NCBI GenBank assembly: GCA_964613485.1
Contig: CAZTHB010000001.1
Span: 21,064-85,063, forward strand
Reading direction: 5' to 3'
From: an uncultured Candidatus Saccharibacteria bacterium
Lineage (GTDB): Bacteria; Patescibacteriota; Saccharimonadia; CAILAD01; GCA-016700035
DNA: 64,000 nucleotides
The translations under genes and the position numbers were made by a program. Below, piece by piece: positions 26,540-36,939 of the stretch. Under the pieces are notes generated by a model. It searched no databases. It saw nothing but the letters and a program-made list of their open reading frames with translations, and had not been told where the DNA came from. Positions within the stretch are counted from its first letter, which is position 1. Every line of letters starts with the position of its first letter.

Positions 26540-29539
26540 CTACCGCAATGTGCCAGCACGTAACATAGCCTTGAGACTATCTACCGACTGCCCTTGCTTA
26601 ATTAACTCAGCGATGCGACTTGCGTTATTGAGGACTGCCTCCTGACCCTCTACGATACGCCCCCCAAGAGGAATAGCGTGCTCGTTTGAGAGGTCTCCAG
26701 TCAACTGATCAAATACCCTAAACTGTTCGGCGTCCGTAAATCCGAGCTTCGGCCGAATCTTATCAATATCCTTCAGAAGCTCTGGATTAAAGCCAGTTGG
26801 AGGACTTGCCTCACCTGCCTGAACCTTATCAATCCACTTAAATAGGTTCATTGTACGCTCATCAGCTTGAGCTTGGGAGATACCAAATTCATTCGGACCG
26901 CTAGCTCGTGCACCTTGGAAACGTGCTTCATCGGGTGACGGTATACGTGGCCCTGAAGGTGGCCCTGGATCACCGGTTGGTGGCTGCGGATCACCAGTCG
27001 GTGGTTTTGGGCGACCCCCGCCACCGTTGCGCAAGAAGTACCCGCCAACCACTGATGCCACACCGGCGACTACACCGGCGATCTTAGCTGTACGAGCCGA
27101 TTTCGCATCACGACTCATCCGCTCCATCTGATCTTTGAGTAGTGCACTCGTAATTTCAGCTGCTTTCTCAGTATCCCCAGCTAATATCTTATTCAGACTC
27201 TCCGGCCCAAACAAAGCTTGGTTATTCTTCGTCATAAACTCCTGGAATGCCTTCGGGTCACGGACATCTAAGCCCTGTTCTTGTGCCTGATTGGCTGTGT
27301 ATTCAATATCACCCTTGTAGCTATCTCCCATCTCGGCATTAGCTTGCTTCATCTCGCCGCGGTTGCGGAATTTCTCACGCCAGCCATGACCGATATTCCA
27401 TGCACCCTCGACCCCCATGAAAGCACCCACGCCGCGCATCGCCGCAGCACCACCAGCCATGATGATACCCGGCACTCCACCAAGAGCGAGCCCACCGGCC
27501 GCAAGCCCAACACCAATCGCAAGACGAGTCTTCGGATGCGCCTTCCACCAGTTGCGCAACTTACCGGCAAACTTTTCGGACTTGACCTCTGTTTGAGCTT
27601 CTTCGACCCTTGTACGGAGCTGTGAGAGCTCAAGAGCTAGCGCAGTCTGGAGTTCAACTGGGAATTTCTCAAGTCGCGCAATCTCAGTATCGATATCAGT
27701 AATCTGAGCCATGAGTTCAGCTTCGCGATCAGTGTCGCCAGCCGTACGGGCTCGTTCAAGCTCACGAGTGAACGTCGCCTTGGTTGCCTCTGCAACACCC
27801 TTGGCATACTCCGCATCCTTCAGCGCCTTACCCGAGGTCTCACCTGCATCAGTGAGGAACTGAGCGTAAACATCTTCCACATCAGACTTAGCAGCCTCAA
27901 ACGCCTCAACGCGCCTACCGCCCAAAACTAATGCTTCACGAGCATCTTTCGCCTCGGCTAACTTTCGAATCGCATCGTTTACTTTTTCACTATGAAGCGC
28001 GAAGATACCATCGACAGTTGGTCGGACAAAAGTACCAGGCTCCTTGTCTGAGTCATCTTCTGGCTTCTCTGGATCCTCAGGTGGCGTTGGGCCTTCCGGG
28101 CCTGGGTCCTCTGGTGGTTTTGGCGGCTCCGGAGGAGTTGGTTCGCCAGGACCGAATGGAGGCTTCGAGTAATCAATAAATGGCGTTACTTCATCGCTAT
28201 CCTCTGGTGTAGTAGGAGTCTCGGTTGGTACGGCCGGCTTAGACTGCCAGAAGTTCTCCTGCATATCCGCGTCAGACTCCGTGGCCTGCTGCCACTTCTC
28301 TTGCGTCTGCTCAAAGGCTGGGCTCTTATAAACATCTTGAGCTTGCTGTGCGGTATAGTAGGCTTCGTTATGCCGTACTCGCGACATTGCTTCCTCAGTA
28401 TCGAGCGCAAATTGCCGCGTAGAGTTGAGTTCGCGTAATATTAACCCATCGCGCTCTCCTTGTGATGGACCAACTACTGAGTACTGCTTGGTTTCACCAT
28501 CAGCAGTCGTATAGCTGACCACTTCGTTTGGCTGATACCCAGACTGTGCTTCACTTCTACTTGGAGTCGTAGCTTCGGCCTGCGCAGTATCTGCAGGAGC
28601 CTCTGCAGTCCCACCGTGCATTTGCTGTGCAAAAGCAGTTGCACGCTCACCATAGCTTCGTGCAGCATCGGCGTTATTTCTGATCTCTTCAAGCTCGGAG
28701 CTTAATGTCTCGCCTTGTGATTGCCCTTGAGCCTGCTCGTCCTCTGAACCCCTATTTACTTCGCTATCCGGCATGATTTTCGTTTCCTCTAATGCTTTTG
28801 TTCCATCATATACATCCGCCCCTCTTGCCGTCAATCCACCTTGTACATTGAGGCGCTGATAATCCTCATCATTAGGCTCGGCATCACGACGGTCTTGTTG
28901 GCGTTCCAGACGACGCTCCACACGGCGCTCATAGCTAATATCACGCGGAGAGGACGCTACCGGAGCAGACGCAGGGGTGGGGGTGGGAGTTGGTTCAGCT
29001 GACGTAATCTCGCCGGTCCAAAAATCAGAACCCACACGTACCAAGCCAGATCGAACTGCAGGCATTACATACGTTACGTAGTCCTCTATCCTTACGCCCT
29101 CTGCACGATACTGCTCTTTTGCCTTATCATATCCAGGTAAGCTTTTCAGAAAATGAGAGATTTCCCGATTCGACATTTTGCGAAAGTCAGGCCTAACATA
29201 GTGCTCTGCTCCAGGCTTAACGCGTCCGGTTCGTTTATCGAGTGCGCGAAGCGACTGACGATATTCCCCATCTGCATCGATGAAAGCGCGCTCTTCTCGC
29301 TTCACCGTATCTGCGAGACCCTGCATATCCGATTCATCACTAACGGCTAATAATTCTGGGTTGGAGAGGTCATCTTCATGTGTCTGCGTGAGTGCCATGA
29401 GCGCATCGCGACGCTGCCGTGCGACGTCTGTAATCCGTCTCGGATGATCAACCGGAAGCTCCTCAACTGAATCTCGAGATTGTTCACCTCTATGCTGACG
29501 ACTCATATTGCCTCCAAGATAACAGTAGTAATTATGCAC
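26540..29539 (-). CDS. Large (999 aa) hypothetical protein with Pro-rich linkers, coiled coil and Gly-zipper-like hydrophobic segments
   Basis: No N-terminal signal peptide. PTPTPTP and PEPPKPPEDPGPEGP linkers. Gly-rich hydrophobic helices LAIGVGLAAGGLALGGVPGIIMAGGAAAM and IAGVVAGVASVVGGYFL, then a GDPQPPTGDPGPP segment. Confidence 0.6.
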   Translation of the reverse strand: MHNYYCYLGGNMSRQHRGEQSRDSVEELPVDHPRRITDVARQRRDALMALTQTHEDDLSNPELLAVSDESDMQGLADTVKREERAFIDADGEYRQSLRALDKRTGRVKPGAEHYVRPDFRKMSNREISHFLKSLPGYDKAKEQYRAEGVRIEDYVTYVMPAVRSGLVRVGSDFWTGEITSAEPTPTPTPASAPVASSPRDISYERRVERRLERQQDRRDAEPNDEDYQRLNVQGGLTARGADVYDGTKALEETKIMPDSEVNRGSEDEQAQGQSQGETLSSELEEIRNNADAARSYGERATAFAQQMHGGTAEAPADTAQAEATTPSRSEAQSGYQPNEVVSYTTADGETKQYSVVGPSQGERDGLILRELNSTRQFALDTEEAMSRVRHNEAYYTAQQAQDVYKSPAFEQTQEKWQQATESDADMQENFWQSKPAVPTETPTTPEDSDEVTPFIDYSKPPFGPGEPTPPEPPKPPEDPGPEGPTPPEDPEKPEDDSDKEPGTFVRPTVDGIFALHSEKVNDAIRKLAEAKDAREALVLGGRRVEAFEAAKSDVEDVYAQFLTDAGETSGKALKDAEYAKGVAEATKATFTRELERARTAGDTDREAELMAQITDIDTEIARLEKFPVELQTALALELSQLRTRVEEAQTEVKSEKFAGKLRNWWKAHPKTRLAIGVGLAAGGLALGGVPGIIMAGGAAAMRGVGAFMGVEGAWNIGHGWREKFRNRGEMKQANAEMGDSYKGDIEYTANQAQEQGLDVRDPKAFQEFMTKNNQALFGPESLNKILAGDTEKAAEITSALLKDQMERMSRDAKSARTAKIAGVVAGVASVVGGYFLRNGGGGRPKPPTGDPQPPTGDPGPPSGPRIPSPDEARFQGARASGPNEFGISQAQADERTMNLFKWIDKVQAGEASPPTGFNPELLKDIDKIRPKLGFTDAEQFRVFDQLTGDLSNEHAIPLGGRIVEGQEAVLNNASRIAELIKQGQSVDSLKAMLRAGTLR

Positions 29540-29612
29540 ATAATACTTATGCTCCCTATCATACCATGATGACCGAGAGCATGCTGTGGCCCGAATACTA
29601 TATTAGCTAGGG

Positions 29613-32234
29613 CTAACGCCGTTTTTTCTTCTTGTGCTTCTTCTTTGAAGTAGGTTTTGATGCTGTGCGGCGAATGACGCCTTTTTCGCGACCGATACGC
29701 TCAGACTCCTTGAGTGCCCGAGCTCGCGACGGAGCAGTGTTCGCTTCCGATGTCGATGCAATCTCGACTGCCTGCTTGGCGGCCTTCGTGATCTCCGTCT
29801 CGATCGGCTGCTCTTCGGGCTTGGCCGCGAGATCTACACGTACCTTAAAGAGTGTATGAGCAATCTCTGAGTCAATGCGGCGCTGCAGCTCGCCAAACAT
29901 CCGGTATGATTCTTGCTTGTACTCCACCAGCGGATCCCGCTGTGCGTACCCACGCAGGCCGATACCACTACGTAAATGCTCCATAGTCTCAAGATGCTCG
30001 AGCCATGAAGAATCGATCGTATTGAGCGAAACCATACGTTCGATGACCATCACGCCCTCATCACCAAATTCGAGATAGCGCTGACGATACATGTCTTCGA
30101 CGATATCCATAAATTGCTTGATGAGTAAGTCATGATCACGGGATTTCTGGTCTTTCTCCCAGCCCTTATCAAGCGGGATGACATCTCGCACGCCCTGCGC
30201 AAGTTTCTCCAGATCCAAAATGTCTGTTTGAGGATCGGTCGCTCCGGCAATCAGGGCTCGGAATTCAGCCTCGAAAAGTGGAATCATATCATCTTTGAGT
30301 GAATCCTTCTTAAGAATGGTGCGACGGCGAGCGTACATAATCTCACGGTGTTGATTCATAACGTCGTCGTACTCGACGAGATTTTTGCGGATATCGAAGT
30401 TATGTCCCTCGACCTTCTTCTGAGCCGACTCGAGTGACCGAGAAACCATACGATTCTCAATCGGCATATCATCCGGCAAGCCTAATGCCTCCATCATAGA
30501 GCCGATGCGCTCACTACCGAAGATACGCATCAGATCATCTTCTAGCGATACATAAAACTGACTCGAACCTGGATCACCCTGACGACCCGCACGTCCACGC
30601 AACTGATTGTCGATGCGGCGTGATTCATGACGTTCAGTACCAAGCACATGCAAGCCGCCAAGCTCCGCCACGCCATTACCGAGCAAAATATCTGTACCAC
30701 GACCGGCGATGTTTGTTGCTAGCGTGACAGCGCCCTTTTGACCAGCTTCAGCAATAATCTCAGCTTCAGCCTCATTATTCTTCGCATTCAATACTCGATG
30801 TGGCACACCGGCCTTCGTCAGTTGGGCGCTGAGATGTTCATTCTTATCGATCGAGACCGTACCCAGCAAGACTGGCTGCCCCTTGGCATGACGCGCTGCT
30901 ACATCCTGAGCAACCGCTTCGAACTTGGCCTTCTCGGTCTTGTAGATCTTGTCGGGAAGATCATCGCGAATCATTGGCTGATGCGTCGGAATGGTCGTTA
31001 CCTCTAGCTTGTAAATCTTGCCAAACTCCTCGGCCTCAGTCACCGCCGTACCAGTCATACCGGATAGCTTCTTATATAAACGGAAGAGATTTTGGAATGA
31101 TACCGTCGCTAGCGTCTGACTCTCCTGCTGAATAGTCACACCTTCCTTAGCTTCGATTGCCTGATGTAACCCCTCACTATAACGTCGACCTGGCAGCATG
31201 CGACCAGTAAACTCATCGACAATGATAATCTCGCCATCCGGACTAACGACATAATCGCGATCTTTCTGGAATACAGCTTCGGCCTTGAGAGCAGCCTCGA
31301 TATGATGCACATCTTCAATTCGCCCCGCCTCGTACACATTGTCAACTCCGAGAGCTTTCTCGATACGCGAGATGCCTTCCTCGGTAATACTAACTGCCTT
31401 CTGCTTCTCATCCACTGTGTAATCAGCATCTCGCTTTAGTCCTGCTGCGATCTTTGCAAACTGATAATAGCGATCTGTCGGCTTGGCATGCGGCTGGGAG
31501 ATAATGAGAGGCGTACGAGCTTCATCAATCAAAATAGAGTCAACTTCGTCAACGATAGCGTAGTGGAGTCCCCGTTGTACCATTTGATCAACGTGCTGAA
31601 CCATATTATCGCGCAGGTAGTCAAAGCCATACTCATTATTTGTGCCATAGGTGATGTCTGCCGCGTAGGCTTCCTTGCGGGTCACGGGGCGCAGATGACG
31701 TAAGCGCTCATCGGCATGTGACTCATCGGTATATTCTGGATCGTAGACAAAGCTAGAATCATGCATGATCACCGATGTCGTGAGTCCTAGAAAATGATAG
31801 ATTTGGCCCATCCACCCTGCCCCAATACGCGCAAGATAATCATTCACCGTCACCAAGTGAGCGCCCTCTCCTTCGAGCGCATTAAGGTATAGCGGTAACG
31901 TCGCTACAAGAGTCTTACCTTCACCAGTGCGCATCTCGGCGATCCCACCTTGATGGAGAACTAATCCTCCGATCAGCTGTACATCAAAGTGACGCTGCTT
32001 GATAACACGATGGCTTGTCTCTCGAACAACTGCAAACGCTCGCTCAAGCACATCATCGAGCTTCTTGCCTGCTTCGATTTCGGTCTTGAATTTCTTCGTT
32101 TCAGCTTTCAGTTGCTTATCAGACAGTGTACGGATTTCTTCTTCGAGTGCATTAATCCGCTCCACACGAGCTCGAAGCTTGCGTACGACTCGCTCATTTG
32201 GGTCACCTAAAATACGTGAAAAAATATTTGCCAT
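29613..32234 (-). CDS. secA: Preprotein translocase ATPase SecA (C-terminus Lys-rich, no Zn-binding CTD)
   Basis: N-terminus [24 protein letters not shown]-like motor motifs, 873 aa. TATACT sits 11 nt upstream of the ATG with no SD. Confidence 0.9.
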   Translation of the reverse strand: MANIFSRILGDPNERVVRKLRARVERINALEEEIRTLSDKQLKAETKKFKTEIEAGKKLDDVLERAFAVVRETSHRVIKQRHFDVQLIGGLVLHQGGIAEMRTGEGKTLVATLPLYLNALEGEGAHLVTVNDYLARIGAGWMGQIYHFLGLTTSVIMHDSSFVYDPEYTDESHADERLRHLRPVTRKEAYAADITYGTNNEYGFDYLRDNMVQHVDQMVQRGLHYAIVDEVDSILIDEARTPLIISQPHAKPTDRYYQFAKIAAGLKRDADYTVDEKQKAVSITEEGISRIEKALGVDNVYEAGRIEDVHHIEAALKAEAVFQKDRDYVVSPDGEIIIVDEFTGRMLPGRRYSEGLHQAIEAKEGVTIQQESQTLATVSFQNLFRLYKKLSGMTGTAVTEAEEFGKIYKLEVTTIPTHQPMIRDDLPDKIYKTEKAKFEAVAQDVAARHAKGQPVLLGTVSIDKNEHLSAQLTKAGVPHRVLNAKNNEAEAEIIAEAGQKGAVTLATNIAGRGTDILLGNGVAELGGLHVLGTERHESRRIDNQLRGRAGRQGDPGSSQFYVSLEDDLMRIFGSERIGSMMEALGLPDDMPIENRMVSRSLESAQKKVEGHNFDIRKNLVEYDDVMNQHREIMYARRRTILKKDSLKDDMIPLFEAEFRALIAGATDPQTDILDLEKLAQGVRDVIPLDKGWEKDQKSRDHDLLIKQFMDIVEDMYRQRYLEFGDEGVMVIERMVSLNTIDSSWLEHLETMEHLRSGIGLRGYAQRDPLVEYKQESYRMFGELQRRIDSEIAHTLFKVRVDLAAKPEEQPIETEITKAAKQAVEIASTSEANTAPSRARALKESERIGREKGVIRRTASKPTSKKKHKKKKRR

Positions 32235-32301
32235 ATAACCTGATAAGTATAGCAGAATTTTCGGCCAACAGATAGAGAAGTGGTGCCGGCAGACACCCTA
32301 A

Positions 32302-32343
32302 ACAGAAAACCGGCTCGCTCCTCAAGATGAGAAAACGAGCCGG
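32302..32343 (-). terminator. Intrinsic terminator after the zinc-ribbon gene pair
   Basis: ccggctcg...cgagccgg stem with an inner ctc/gag stem, followed on the minus strand by a T-tract. Confidence 0.45.
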
Positions 32344-32348
32344 AAGTC

Positions 32349-32696
32349 CTAACCGGTGTCACCGGCAATATGCGCCTCTAAGTCACGCAACCATCCATCA
32401 TCGTCGCCGTTGATGTGATCGTGAAAATCGATCAGGTCGTCGTAGGTGATGGCGCCGCCATCTTTTGGGTGTTCTTCGAGCTCCTTCGGCAACCGCCAAG
32501 AACTCAACGCACAGCCGGCGGACACCAAGATGTCCACCACCTGCTCATCAGCACCCCTCACTTCTGTCATCCGACAGACGGGGCAGCGAAACAGATATGT
32601 GGCTTGCTTTGTGTCCTCGCAAACACGCACTCGCACATCACAACTGCGCAAGTCTACATCACCACACTCACTACAGGTAGCACGAATGAGTGCCAT
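32349..32696 (-). CDS. Small Cys4 zinc-ribbon protein, paralog 1
   Basis: CSECG...x20...RCPVCR. Homologous to the upstream paralog. RBS GAAAGGA. Confidence 0.55.
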   Translation of the reverse strand: MALIRATCSECGDVDLRSCDVRVRVCEDTKQATYLFRCPVCRMTEVRGADEQVVDILVSAGCALSSWRLPKELEEHPKDGGAITYDDLIDFHDHINGDDDGWLRDLEAHIAGDTG

Positions 32697-32742
32697 AGTG
32701 CTCACATCCTTTCGGGGAAGTTGGGGGTTGAGGATGAGTGGC

Positions 32743-33096
32743 TTACTCCAGGTGGAGAATCAGCGAATCGTCGAGGGATTCATCGAGACAATCCGTACCG
32801 GGATACCACGTAACGAGCACACCCTTGGTAGGGATACCGCGCTCGGACAATACTGTCGGTCCATGAACGCCAGCCGTATGGAGCTGAGCAACCATGTCGT
32901 CAGTGGCAAGCACAAACGGCTGCTTACCACAGATGGTGCATCTGAAGGACAGTGTTCCCACTCGACCATTGAGGATCTCTTGCTTAACCTCGGCTGCTCG
33001 TCGGGCTGGATTAGCCCCACAGAACGGACACGGGATACGCAAGTATGCACCATCGGGTGAGAAGGATGGATCAGTTGGAAGGTTCTTTTCCGCCAT
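32743..33096 (-). CDS. Small Cys4 zinc-ribbon protein, paralog 2
   Basis: CPFCG...x22...RCTICG. RBS AAAGGGGA 6 nt before the ATG. Driven by a consensus promoter. Confidence 0.55.
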   Translation of the reverse strand: MAEKNLPTDPSFSPDGAYLRIPCPFCGANPARRAAEVKQEILNGRVGTLSFRCTICGKQPFVLATDDMVAQLHTAGVHGPTVLSERGIPTKGVLVTWYPGTDCLDESLDDSLILHLE

Positions 33097-33217
33097 GTCA
33101 TTCCCCTTTCAGGAAGAACACGCCCCAGCGTGGAGCGGATGAATGGATAGGACTGGCTGCTTTTGAGATCAGATCGATACACAATCGCGCATGAACTAAA
33201 AACGAGCAAACCTGATG

Positions 33218-33245
33218 ATTATACAGATTTATGTAATTCTGTCAA
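33218..33245 (-). promoter_or_regulatory. Consensus sigma70 promoter TTGACA-16-TATAAT for the zinc-ribbon pair, giving a 5' UTR of about 120 nt
   Basis: On the minus strand: ctaTTGACAgaattacataaatctgTATAATcatc. Lies directly downstream of the hpf stop. Confidence 0.6.
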
Positions 33246-33248
33246 TAG

Positions 33249-33605
33249 CTATTCGACTGGCTCTGCTTGAAAAAACTTGCCAACATTGAGGCGCCGTGGG
33301 ATATGCTTTTCTTTATACTTACGAATTTGATCCTTGAGCTTAGCTTCGAGGATATCCACGACGGTATGGGGGTTCATACTAGCTGTCTCGGCAATAATAT
33401 CTTGCTTCGCTACTGAGATGTGTGCGTGCCCAACATAACGTTTTGCTGGATCTGCCGCTTCGTCACGATGTAATTCGACGCGCATTCCGGTTGGACGATG
33501 CGAACGCGGAAAGTACCGATCGAGCTTAGATAGTTTACGATCTATATAGCGATGGAGCTCAGTATCGGCTTCAAACTTTCGGAATGTCTTAGTGGTGTTG
33601 ATCAT
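33249..33605 (-). CDS. hpf: Ribosome hibernation promoting factor (short HPF/RaiA)
   Basis: MINTTKTFRKFEADTELHRYIDRKLSKLDRYF is a typical sigma-54 modulation/HPF fold. Overlaps serS by 4 nt. Confidence 0.8.
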   Translation of the reverse strand: MINTTKTFRKFEADTELHRYIDRKLSKLDRYFPRSHRPTGMRVELHRDEAADPAKRYVGHAHISVAKQDIIAETASMNPHTVVDILEAKLKDQIRKYKEKHIPRRLNVGKFFQAEPVE

Positions 33606-34828
33606 AGCGTATCTCCTCCATAATATTGCTGTAATGCCTGCGGTATCTTAACGCCACCTTCGGTCGTCTGATGATTTTCTAGTAGCGCGATGAGGGTGCG
33701 CGTACTAGTAATAGCAGTCCCGTTAAGGGTATGTACATGTGTAAGTTCACCAGCTTCATTGCGATACCGTATATTCAAGCGCCTGGCCTGATAGTCAGTG
33801 CAGTTACTACAGCTGGTTAGCTCACGCCAGGAGTTATCGGTTGGATTCCAGTATTCGATATCATACTTCTCGTATGCCGGAGCAGAGAGATCACCATCGG
33901 CGATACGGATAACTCGATATGGGATTTCTAAAGCCGCACAAATCTTCTCTTCGAGCGCCAGTATACGTTGCAACATCTCGTCGCTCTCTTCGGGTTTTGT
34001 ATAGGCATACATCTCGAGCTTCTCAAATTGGTGCACCCGGAAGAGTCCTTTAGAAAACTTCCCATAGGTACCGCCCTCCAAGCGGTAGCACGGGGAAATA
34101 CCAGCCAATAGTTTCGGCTGCGCCACATCGATGATGTCATCCATATACATGCCCGTAAGAGGCAGCTCTGCTGTAGCGATAAGGTTTAAGTCATCCCCTT
34201 CGATCTTGTAGATCTGGCGTTCTTCTCCGCGCGGCAAGAAACCAGTACCTTCTGCCACTCGCGTATTCACCATATGTGGCACCATCATAAGCTCGAAGCC
34301 TGATTCGGCGATCATATCGCTTATTAGCGAAACGCAAGCTCGCCATAACTTGACGCCAGGACCCTTCAGAAAATAGAATCGGCTCCCTGCCACTTTCGCA
34401 CCAGATTCAAAATCTACAAACTGCAGTTTTTCGTTAAGCTCGAGGTGATCCTTATATGCTGCGAGGTCAGTTGGCTTCGTGCCCCCCTGTCGCTCTTCGC
34501 GGTTCGCTTCTTCGCCACCTTCAGGCGTGTTTGGCGCGATGAGATTAGGGATATCGCCCCAAAGCGTTTTCCACTCCTGTTCAATGTATTGTAGCTCTTC
34601 TTGTTTCTTCACAAGCTCTGCCTTGGCTTGCTGCAAATCAGCCAGCTCTTCTGGAGTTGGCTTGCCCGAGAGCTTGAGAGCCGCACGCAATTCATCGACC
34701 TGTGGGATCAGCTCATTACGGCGCGCATCAAGCTTGATCCAACGATCGATATCGACCGTTAGGCCACGGCGCTTTATATTTACCTTGAGTTCTTCGGTGT
34801 GTTCTCGGACATATCTCAGGTCTAGCAT
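33602..34828 (-). CDS. serS: Seryl-tRNA synthetase
   Basis: N-terminal coiled coil MLDLRYVREHTEELKVNIKRRG and a class-II core. Confidence 0.9.
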   Translation of the reverse strand: MLDLRYVREHTEELKVNIKRRGLTVDIDRWIKLDARRNELIPQVDELRAALKLSGKPTPEELADLQQAKAELVKKQEELQYIEQEWKTLWGDIPNLIAPNTPEGGEEANREERQGGTKPTDLAAYKDHLELNEKLQFVDFESGAKVAGSRFYFLKGPGVKLWRACVSLISDMIAESGFELMMVPHMVNTRVAEGTGFLPRGEERQIYKIEGDDLNLIATAELPLTGMYMDDIIDVAQPKLLAGISPCYRLEGGTYGKFSKGLFRVHQFEKLEMYAYTKPEESDEMLQRILALEEKICAALEIPYRVIRIADGDLSAPAYEKYDIEYWNPTDNSWRELTSCSNCTDYQARRLNIRYRNEAGELTHVHTLNGTAITSTRTLIALLENHQTTEGGVKIPQALQQYYGGDTL

Positions 34829-34837
34829 AGTTCTATT

Positions 34838-36394
34838 CTACCGCTCCCGCTTCAGGCGCGCTACTACGAAATCGCGATCAAGGTCTGCCAAGAACCCACC
34901 GAGCTTCGGCCCAGCATCTTTCTGGATAAAGAGTCGGTAGAGCAACTTAAATGCATCCCGCGGTTGCACCTCTTGAGCTTTTGCTGTCTCAAATATCAAA
35001 GTTTGTATCACATCTGCTTCTGGGTTATCGGGATACGAATCGGCTAATGCCTGAAGGAATGACTCTTCAGCCTGCGCGATCTCGACGGATGGCAAATTTT
35101 CGCTCACTGAGAATTTCACTGTTTCGGGAGCATAGCTTGTACCCAGCCATCGCTGTACATATTCAAGCTCGCGTCGGATAACTTCCTCTTCTCGTTTTAC
35201 CTGCACTGGGTGGGTGCGACCGAGGAGTTCTATCGTACGACCCTTATCCATGCGAGACGCCTGGTATGTTGCAACCAGATGAGAATACGGGATAGTCGAG
35301 ATGGTAGCTTCGTCACTCTTCAAGACTGAGACTCGCCACGCGCGTTCAAATTGAGTTGGCTCACCAGCTTGCGCAGCGCGTTCGGTGGCTGCGAATTCAT
35401 CAATCAAGTTATACATACCGAGACCTGGATCAAATTCGAGAACCTTGGAAGGTACACTCTTAAACACAAAGTATCGCAGCACCTCCGGTGGAATGAACTC
35501 CAGCGCTTGATCTATCGTGACAAGATTGCCAAGTGAGCTCGACATCTTGCGCGTATCGCCCTTTAAGTTAATCGGGTTAAATGGGACTGGAATTGGCGGC
35601 TCGGTTCCAAATATTTCGCGCTGGATTGCAGCACCAGTATCATAACTTCCGCCCTTAGTCGCATGCTCTTTACCGAAGCCTTCAACTGTTACGCCAAGCA
35701 TGTGCCATCGTGCCGGCCAATCGACTCGCCAATCAAGCTTTACTTCACCCTTACGAATATCGGCTGTGCGGGCAGTCCCATCGGCTGAACGATACTCCAC
35801 CATTCCTGTCTGGTCGTCGAATCGCAAAAATTCTGCGGTACGTAAGCTCTGACTGGCCGCATCCAATATCTGCACCGGCTGCCAATCATTTGGCATTTCA
35901 CGGTGCGAAATTGTCTCTAAAATACGAGCGATATCATCGCGACGCTGCAGTGCAGTTGTGATAACTTCAGCAAACTTACCAGCTTGATACTCTTCGTGCG
36001 AACGCCATATCTGCATCGGTATACCAAGCTTCTCGGCAGCGGATGCATAAGCCGCAAAGAATTGTTCGGCGTAACTTACTGATTTGCCGTCTGGAGCAGG
36101 CACGAGATACACCGGCTTACCAGCTTCCTGCTCATACGACTCAGGTAGATACTCATAGCGCTTGCGCAGCGCGTCGAAGTCATCGACATTATGCATGTGA
36201 CGAGCTTCGAGCCCGCGCAGCTCTAACCCGCGTCGAATAGCCTCTGCAGTGAGTATCTCGCGAGCATGCCCGACGTGATACGGCCCCGAGGGGGTAATGC
36301 CTGAACAAACCAGTACGGGTGCTCCTTTCGCGCGCTCTGCCACCGCATCCAGAGTGCCATCTAACCAATATTGAGATGTGTCTTGAATTTCCAT
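34838..36394 (-). CDS. lysK: Class I lysyl-tRNA synthetase (archaeal-type LysK)
   Basis: SGITPSGPYHVGHAREILTAEAIRRGLELRGLEARHMHNVDDFDALRK matches the class-I LysRS N-terminal pattern. KMSSSLGN is the KMSKS variant typical of this family. Confidence 0.65.
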   Translation of the reverse strand: MEIQDTSQYWLDGTLDAVAERAKGAPVLVCSGITPSGPYHVGHAREILTAEAIRRGLELRGLEARHMHNVDDFDALRKRYEYLPESYEQEAGKPVYLVPAPDGKSVSYAEQFFAAYASAAEKLGIPMQIWRSHEEYQAGKFAEVITTALQRRDDIARILETISHREMPNDWQPVQILDAASQSLRTAEFLRFDDQTGMVEYRSADGTARTADIRKGEVKLDWRVDWPARWHMLGVTVEGFGKEHATKGGSYDTGAAIQREIFGTEPPIPVPFNPINLKGDTRKMSSSLGNLVTIDQALEFIPPEVLRYFVFKSVPSKVLEFDPGLGMYNLIDEFAATERAAQAGEPTQFERAWRVSVLKSDEATISTIPYSHLVATYQASRMDKGRTIELLGRTHPVQVKREEEVIRRELEYVQRWLGTSYAPETVKFSVSENLPSVEIAQAEESFLQALADSYPDNPEADVIQTLIFETAKAQEVQPRDAFKLLYRLFIQKDAGPKLGGFLADLDRDFVVARLKRER

Positions 36395-36474
36395 ACTTAC
36401 TCCTTAGTGTATCAGGTTTATAACCAGAAAGCCCACCTGACGGCGGGCTCTGGATTAGTTCTTATGTAGGGTGA

Positions 36475-36939
36475 TTAGTCGATCTGTTTGATCTTGTAGA
36501 CCATGGTGCCCGCCGGCACGTCTACTTCTATCTCATCACCGGGCTTCTTCCCAAGAAGAGCCTTACCAATTGGACTTTCGTTACTGATCTTGCCAGTTTC
36601 TGGGTCAGCTTCAGTTGAGCCAACGATATGAAACTTCTGCACACCGGTCTCGAGCTCAACATGCACAACAGATCCAACCGACACAACATCGCCATGTGAT
36701 TCTTCAATTTCAACTGCATTCTTCAAGATGTTTTCGATTTCAGAAATACGCCCCTCAATAAAAGCTTGGCGTTCTTTTGCGTCATCCCAGCTTGCGTTTT
36801 CAGAGAGGTCACCAAATTCTTTCGCTTCCTTCAGCGCAGCAGCAATCTTCTTGCGCTGCACATTCACCAAATCATCAAGCTCTTCACGTAGCTTATCGAG
36901 ACCACCTTTGGTAACATAGAATTCTTTCTTCGCCATCAT
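36475..36939 (-). CDS. greA: Transcription elongation factor GreA
   Basis: N-terminal coiled coil with acidic tip (EFGDLSENASWDDAKERQAF) and a C-terminal FKBP-like domain. Confidence 0.85.
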   Translation of the reverse strand: MMAKKEFYVTKGGLDKLREELDDLVNVQRKKIAAALKEAKEFGDLSENASWDDAKERQAFIEGRISEIENILKNAVEIEESHGDVVSVGSVVHVELETGVQKFHIVGSTEADPETGKISNESPIGKALLGKKPGDEIEVDVPAGTMVYKIKQID

